Source of the DNA: Azolla caroliniana
Lineage: Eukaryota; Plantae; Polypodiophyta
Direction of reading: 5' to 3'
DNA: 10,211 nucleotides
Assembly (NCBI GenBank): GCA_043228905.1
Contig: JBHGNT010001290.1
Location: 1 to 10,211, forward strand
Shown: piece by piece, positions 1 to 7,000 of the stretch
Layout of the letters: each line of letters starts with the position of its first letter
Position numbering within the stretch: the first letter of the stretch is position 1
Position numbers and translations under genes: made by a program
The notes under the pieces: model-generated
The model's database searches: none
What the model was told of the DNA's origin: nothing
The model's input: the letters and a program-made list of their open reading frames with translations, nothing else

Positions 1-1975
1 CGTCCATGAAAGAACTAAACACATGGAGCATCAAAACAGTAAAATTTGGCAACTAGTTAAGTTTTTCAATTCAGAATTTCCACTTTCCTTTAATTCTATC
101 ATCACAAAATCCCCAAACTACATCGCTAGGAACTGTTCTTTATAATAATTGTTGGTTCCATTGGTAATATTGGCCCCCTGTAGACATTAATATATTGTCA
201 TCATCATCATCCTCTATTATAATAGCACTAAGCCATATTTTGCTTTATAAGCCCATGCATCTGAGTTCAATGCTCACTACTTGCACTAATTTACTAAATG
301 ATACAGTGGAGAATGTAGGGTTTGAGCAACAGAAAACATTACCCGCATTTGAGGCTGTACATCCAACAGCATTTTGTAAATCTCATATGCATCTTGGAGT
401 GGACATCAAAGAGGACATCACATTCTTCAAATGACATGAAACACCGAAGAGTTCAATGCAAATGGGGAATTGATAACTTCAAGATGACATTTTACTACAT
501 TTTCCTTCATGCATGCATTTGGTCTACATGGGATAACAAACGGGTAAATGTTATTCAAACACGCAATAGCATGGGCATAGTATGGTGACTGACATTAAAT
601 GGCACAATGGGATACCATTGTTAAATACTTATTTCCTATGTTCTGAGGAAGCTATGCTTCTTTTTCAAAGGTTTATGATCAGCTCTTGGCCCCAGAACTA
701 GGACCACTATCCATTATTAAAATATATGTTTTGGAACATATGCCACATCATATAAAACAGAAGCGCCACAAACAATCTCTTATCTGGTATCTTGAGTTGC
801 AAGAGAACACTTGCATACAGTTGCTGCACATAAAGAGAGAGACACAGATCATGCACATACATAAGCTTATACCAAAATTAACACAGAGAAAAAGACATTG
901 ATGGGAACAAGTCAGGGGTCTCACAGAACTAAGTTTATCCAAAATGTATTCACATTATAAAGTGACAATAGCTCCAAAATACCTTACCCGCTCACATTTC
1001 ATGTGATCCCCCCCTCTTGGAGACATTATGTAGTGGAGACCTACCAATGGGAAAGATATCTTAAACTATCTTGTACCTATGGAAAGAAGTAGATTGGCCA
1101 TGGCAAAGCTCTCATTACCATGTCTTTCCTTTGTGAACTTTGAAGGAACACTTCACATGGTTCTACAAGATTGGCTTCAGAACAAGACATAGAAGAGCTA
1201 CAGGGGCCTAATAAATGCAAGGTTTGAGTGATAAAGCTCTGTGAATAGGTGATTGGCAATGAGAAATCGTAGAAGGGATATCAGCAAACCTTTTGAAGTA
1301 ACATCATGATCATGCAAGGATACCAACTCTCATTTCTCACCTTCATTAAGACTATATATAGAGCAGCTGCTTGAGGAAATGGATCTCACATCTCATCTCT
1401 GTTCCCACTCTCACACCCCACTTCTATTCAAGCGATGTATAGATATATTTGAGGATAATATTACTCTCAATGACAAAACCCCCTCTTCTTATTCACCATT
1501 TCTCCAACCAAAACCACCATCCATTACGCTGTTATATTGCTCCCAACAACAGAAAACATCTTCTTCTTCTCCAAACAAAACCATCGTATACCCATGCCAT
1601 AGAATCCTGAAGGTGATATCAACAGCAGGTTTCCATAGCAGCAAGACTTAACAAAAGTTCCCACTCACTCAAATGTTGGAAGGTTTGTTGTTGAGGAGCA
1701 ACTTGTACAATTATGGAACCCTAAACACCACCAAGGTTCCTGCACTAATGCCCATCATGCAAAAACAATATGCATTAAAGCCATCTAACATAAACCAATT
1801 TCCGAGACGTCTGTGTAGTAACAGATTTGAACCCTTGCTGTTACCCCAATATTGCGTACTACACTAAGTTTTCCCTTCTCAAAATACCTCACATAGCAAA
1901 GGCGCAACATTTTTAAAGAAAATCAGAGACTGGTGTTGTAAGATTCATAAGTCGAACAAGAAACACAATGAGATG

Positions 1976-1983
1976 TAGGGTTT
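1976..1983 (-). promoter_or_regulatory. Telo-box AAACCCTA at the start of the putative first intron
   Basis: Plus strand reads TAGGGTTT; a partial copy AAACCCT is at 2267-2273. Confidence 0.4.
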
Positions 1984-1991
1984 ATGAGCAC

Positions 1992-2156
1992 CTGGTGGAA
2001 AGGAGTGATTGGCAGAAGAGGCCATGACCAGAGCGAGTGGCGAGGGTCTGGTTTCCATGGAGCAGAGGAGGATGCGCGGATGTGTGAAGAAGAAGAAGAA
2101 GAAGAAGAAGAAGAAGAAGAAGAAGAAAGAAAACGAAGGAGGAGGTGCCTCATCAT
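1992..2156 (-). CDS. Putative first coding exon of a second, unidentified gene; organellar targeting-peptide-like (MMRHLLLRFL-S14-HIRASSSAPWKPDPRHSLWSWPLLPITPFHQ)
   Basis: ATG at 2156; Arg/Leu/Ser-rich, acid-poor N-terminus; donor CAG|GTGCTC at 1991 followed by T-rich intron-like sequence with AAACCCTA; (CT)n tract and site II motifs upstream. An alternative start at ATG 2058 in another frame (METRPSPLALVMASSANHSFPP) is possible. No downstream exon found in the window. Confidence 0.45.
2086..2127. repeat. (GAA)14 microsatellite
   Basis: Read directly; encodes poly-Ser in the putative exon. Confidence 0.97.
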
Positions 2157-2167
2157 ACTCAAACCGC

Positions 2168-2189
2168 GTCTGTGTCTGTGTCTGTGTCT
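2168..2189. repeat. (GTCTGT) hexamer repeat, about 3.7 copies
   Basis: Read directly. Confidence 0.9.
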
Positions 2190-2271
2190 ATCTTTCCATT
2201 CATTGACCTAGATAGACCTAAGGAGTGGGCGATCTTAGATTTTACCAAACAGGGGAAGGACAGGTCAAACC

Positions 2272-2273
<2 letters not shown>

Positions 2274-2338
<65 letters not shown>

Positions 2339-2416
2339 GTAGAGATAGAGAGAGAGGGAGGGAGTGAGAGGTGGAGAGAGAGTGAGTGAGTGAGTGAGTG
2401 AGTAAGTGTGAGAGAG
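2274..2416. repeat. Compound microsatellite: (GA)30 at 2274-2333, degenerate GA tract, (AGTG)5 at 2381-2400
   Basis: Read directly. Confidence 0.97.
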
Positions 2417-2419
2417 TAA

Positions 2420-2790
2420 CACTTCCTGATCTCTCTGGTCTTCGGGGTGGGGCTTACGCCAACCATTGCCTGTTCTGGGCCTCTGTCTGGTTGATGTCGA
2501 TTGAACTTTGATGTAAGCTATGCGTCAATATATGGGCTCGCGATTGCCTTCTCGACTTTATACACACTTGCTAAGAGATCGCATTTCGTCTTTGCACGAT
2601 TCGATCTCGTGTATCGTTCCTCGCCCCTATTGAGAATGACGAAGCGTGCATGATGGATCTTCTGAAAGTGCCTCTCGCTAAAGTGAGAAATCATCTCTCT
2701 TTTTTTTTTGTTCACATGAAGATGGATCGTGAAGCTTGCAATTTTCGTTCACGAGAAGATGAATCATAAAGTTGTGAGAACGTATCCTAG
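2420..2790 (-). promoter_or_regulatory. Probable proximal promoter of the second gene, with site II (TGGGCY) elements
   Basis: Visibly CpG-richer than the flanks; TGGGCC at 2476-2481 and TGGGCT at 2533-2538; lies directly upstream of the (CT)n tract. Confidence 0.45.
2710..2771. repeat. Imperfect tandem duplication, 37-bp period
   Basis: GTTCACATGAAGATGGATCGTGAAG (2710) vs GTTCACGAGAAGATGAATCATAAAG (2747), 20/25 identical. Confidence 0.75.
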
Positions 2791-3571
2791 TAACTATGCA
2801 AACTTTAACCATCCTACACACCACTCCTATAACTCTATCTCATTGCTGTCAAGAATAATTTGCACATATTACATTGTTGATGCACAACAAAAGCATCAAT
2901 TATTACATGTATTGATTCTTTTGATCCATGAGAGTATACGAAAACGTGTGACTCCCCCATGAGAGTACACTCAATAGCTTGGGTTGTATTATACCTATTA
3001 TCTCTCAATACATTGACTACAAAACCTAGGGCTATCATAAATTTTGCACATGTATTAGAAACCTCCCACCTAGAATGAATAATTACCTACATTGGTGAGA
3101 CACATAACATGTCAAGGTGGCAATTACTTTCATCCTTTGGGCAAAAGACATACAACATAGATTGAGAGTTAGGAGACATGATTCTTGATGCTTCCTTTAT
3201 AACATGATGGTTTTGTGGCTAAATGTTACTCATTGAAAAAACTGCACATAAAACATGGCTCGACATTGACATTGATATTCGTTTCACAATGCAAGGATTT
3301 TGCAAAGGTTACTAAAACACCATAAATTCATCCCGATAGAATCAACATCCGTATATTCAACGAAGAAAAGCCCCACAATACGAGTTTTAACAAACTTAAA
3401 TTAAACATCAGGTAGATCATAATGTACAAAATAACCTCTTAAATGGATGATGAGAGCGCATGAATACATATTGAAAACACTACTACTTTCGACCCCTTTC
3501 TGCCACCAAATGCCCATTTGGCAGACTGAAATTTCCTTCTATCATCTAAGGTGACTCACAAGTTTTGGCAG

Positions 3572-3650
3572 TTGGTGAATGTACTCACACAACAGCAAAG
3601 GTTGTGCACCATTGGTGAACGTACTTACACAACAGAAGTTGTGTGCCACA
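3572..3650. repeat. Two-copy tandem repeat, 40-bp period, each copy with an internal hairpin
   Basis: TTGGTGAATGTACTCACACAACAG (3572) vs TTGGTGAACGTACTTACACAACAG (3612), 22/24 identical. Confidence 0.85.
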
Positions 3651-3932
3651 TTGATCTCTATGATGAACGAAGTTTTTTCAAAACCAAATGCATAATAAGC
3701 ACTTTGATATATCTAGTTTTAGATTATGATAATGTTAATTCTACTGAGACAAAATAAACTCAGATAGTTGGGATGTCATGGGGAAAAAACTAACAGAATG
3801 ATGGTATGTATCAACACCCCAAAAACAAACACGCAGAATGTCACGGAAAAATAACCAATGTTATACAACACGATGAAGAATGGATTGAATCAAAATCTAA
3901 TGTATCTAAAGATAAATGACTCTAATTTTCAT

Positions 3933-4004
3933 TTAAGAGGTTATATACAAGACGGGAACTAAGCCCGAAATTTTACCATCTCTTCCAGGTCGCTTTTTAC
4001 GTAC
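3933..4004 (-). CDS. TASH3: TASH3 last coding exon (VRKKRPGRDGKISGLVPVLYITS*)
   Basis: Acceptor TTGCAG|GTA; SH3 C-terminal GLVP..Y motif; TAA at 3935-3933. Confidence 0.93.
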   Translation of the reverse strand, partial: VRKKRPGRDGKISGLVPVLYITS

Positions 4005-7000
4005 CTGCAATTGATGAAAACAAAGATTTAAAATTAATCAAGATGTTAACAACATCAACAATAAAACATTTTTCAGTACACCATATCCTTACATGAAACC
4101 ATCCATCAACTTCATACTCTATCTCTAAGTCTTCTCCAGCTGTCAAGTTGAGCTGAACAAAACAGAATCTCAGAAAGACATTACATAATTAAATATTTTC
4201 AAACAATATCACATACCTCTTCATCGCCACCCGCAGTGAAATCATATAGAGCTTTACCAAACTGAGGGGTTTCATGTGGTGGCTCATCGTCATCATCAGT
4301 TCTTCCATGCATGCCATCTTCAGGTAGATTATCAAATGAATCCCAGTTTGCACCAAATTTTTGTGCACCCACCCTCGAAGCAGCCTGTAATATAGAATTT
4401 AGTATTTAACTAACCATGTACTAACAATCTGTTTTCTGTACTTCTTAATCATTCATTGTCTACTATTAACCTTAAAAACATACTCTTTTCCCCACTTTGA
4501 TCTAAAAATGTTCAAAAGAGTTAATTGAACACACAAATCTTCGTTTTGGCACAAGGATATGGTTGCCAGCCATTTCCACAAACGAGATTTGAAGGGATTT
4601 CTGGAAAAATGATTGAGCTTATTATGTGAATTCAGATAGACAGAGATCTAAGAGTTCATATGAAAATATGTTCATCAACTGTTATACTCTGAGAAATCTA
4701 TGAGCAAAGGTTGCTTCAAGGACGACGGCTTAGTTTCCACTAATGGGTGTTAATAGTTTGCAACCTTAGACAATGACAAAAACTGGCTATCACTCCTTTT
4801 TGGAAACATGAAATTGTAGCAACAGGAAACCGTTCATGCCAGACCTGAAAGTTATTTCTATGGATTACGCAAAGTCAAGGATCTCTTAAAGATGATCATA
4901 AAAACTCCTTTCTACAAAATTTGTAGATTACCATATAATCTGGTGGCTGATCTTGCAAACTCGATGAATCCACAGATGAGCTGCCAATTTTGCTTGGTTG
5001 TGATGACAACTGTTTCTCCTGTATATCAATCAGGAAAAAGAGAGTACAAAATATAGTCAAAAAACTTCCAATGAAAGATATATTCTAGCAAAGTTAGTTG
5101 CATTTCTTAAGGTCCACGTGATTCATTGTCATTGCACTCTTGCACACTAGCATCTACTGCCCAAAAACCTTCCATCATTGTTACACTAATTATCCAACAG
5201 TAAGTCATACCCAAGGTGAGTAGCGAGATGCACTTGATCCTCCAAACAATGAAGGATAGCCCAAACCACCAAAATGAGAAGAAGTCACTGTATTATATGA
5301 TGCAACAGATTCAGGAGATGAAGATCCTGATGACTGTCCATCCACATCCTGCATAACAATTGTTCGATAAAAAATGTCTACTCATGGATTCTGCATTGTA
5401 TGTTTATATCATCCTTTTGAGTTCATACCTCATTTTCAGATGTTTCGAGCAATTGTTTTGCCCACATATCATCATAACTTATAGATGTTCTAGATAAGTT
5501 GCCTTCATCTTCAACTTCAGGAGCATCTGTACCAGCTCCAATTAAAAACTCATTGACCTGCAAGCCAACATTAAAATGAAGAAATTCCATATTTCACACA
5601 GATCAGATTAAATTTTTTTATAATCCATGTTAAAATCATTGGGGTCAAGGAGGGTGTAAAAATATTGTACTTTTAAAGTCAACAATGAAACATACCAAGT
5701 CTATTGTTGGAGCATTTCCTGTCCACAAACCATCACTGAGACCTGCTACAAGTGGTTCACCTGTCACAATCTGTGCCGGAGGAGGATAGAGAAGCTGGTT
5801 ATTCAGTAGATCAGATATGCCAGTTGCAACTGCTGGATCATTAAGGCCACTTCTAGCATCTATACGGTGGCGATTCCTATATATATTGATGAGCCCCGCA
5901 CTGTACCAAGAAATATTTTTAAGAAATATGTTACATAACAAGAATCAATGTGCTCCTCAACAAGACTTATGGGAGTCGGAATAAAGAAACAGCCAGCCTA
6001 TATCATCTGGATATTAAAAGAATGCATGAAAATACTGAATTATAACAGCGAAAGTTTGAGGATGTCCATCAAAGGAGAGAAAGTGTGTTAAATGCATGGT
6101 GTTGGATAGTAGGCTCAGATATGACATGCATACAAATTTACCAAGGTATTGGGAGTGACTCCAAGAAGCATATCATATCAAGGTAAAAGGAAAAACGAAC
6201 TCTGTTAAAAGTAGCTACTTTGACAAGGAAAAAACACCAAGATCAGGTCAACATACAAAACCCAGCAACACATCTGACCTATCATCTGTTGTTCAACGGA
6301 ATGTCCCATCTGGGACATACCGACATGTTTCTGAATGTTCGTGTGAGAAAACAAGAAATCTCCCATAGTTCGCGAAATTGTGAAAATCTATAGATGATAC
6401 GGATAATCTACTACAAAATACTTTACTAAACTTAAAGGGCGTTTATTGGAGTTGATATACTTAGGGTAAAGATATACCTTGTTGGGCCAAGAGGCAGATA
6501 CTTAGCCCGAGGAACATAACAAAACAGTGATGTAAGATCCAAAAGTCTTTCATGGGTTTCATAAAGTCTCCGAAGCTCATCATCTGTCCATTCCTGCTTC
6601 TTATTATCATGATTTCTCATTTCCCTGCATGTCTAGACAAATTGAGACACTGACTTAAAATATAAAACGAAAATGGAAATGTCAGAAGCGATAAATTATA
6701 ATCCCACCTAATAAGTTCATCTTGTGCTTTATACATTTCATCCAACAACCTAATCATAGGCGATAAGATAGAACTGAGGCCAGTTCCACTAGCTCCTTGA
6801 TCCTCCCCATTACTAGCAAATCCATTTATGTTTTTGCTTAAACCCCCTTGTGCCAACGCCTGCAGAAGTTCATAGACCTGCAATCTGTATGGTTCTCCTG
6901 ATCTGATAGCAATAGTCATGAGTGCTTGTGCTGCCACTATTCTCACCTGAATCAGGAGGAAAAAGATTTAGTTAACCATCATGCAATAAACCATAAAAAA

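Noticed and set aside
686-1867. Short ORFs of 60-90 aa on both strands
   Set aside because: No recognisable domains; consistent with random ORFs in intronic or TE-derived DNA
1785-1910. Minus-strand peptide containing VRNIGVTA, resembling the translational GTPase motif IRNIGIxAH, as exon 2 of the second gene
   Set aside because: No following HxDxGKTT P-loop, and the candidate acceptor context is purine-rich
1984-2466. ORF-track entries with poly-E, poly-K, ER and SL repeats
   Set aside because: They are open only because they cross stop-free microsatellites; no other coding signal
3441-3534. C/D-box snoRNA-like layout (ATGATGA at 3447-3453, CTGA at 3526-3529)
   Set aside because: Only a 4-bp AT terminal stem, no rRNA-complementary guide that I can recognise, and such boxes are frequent by chance
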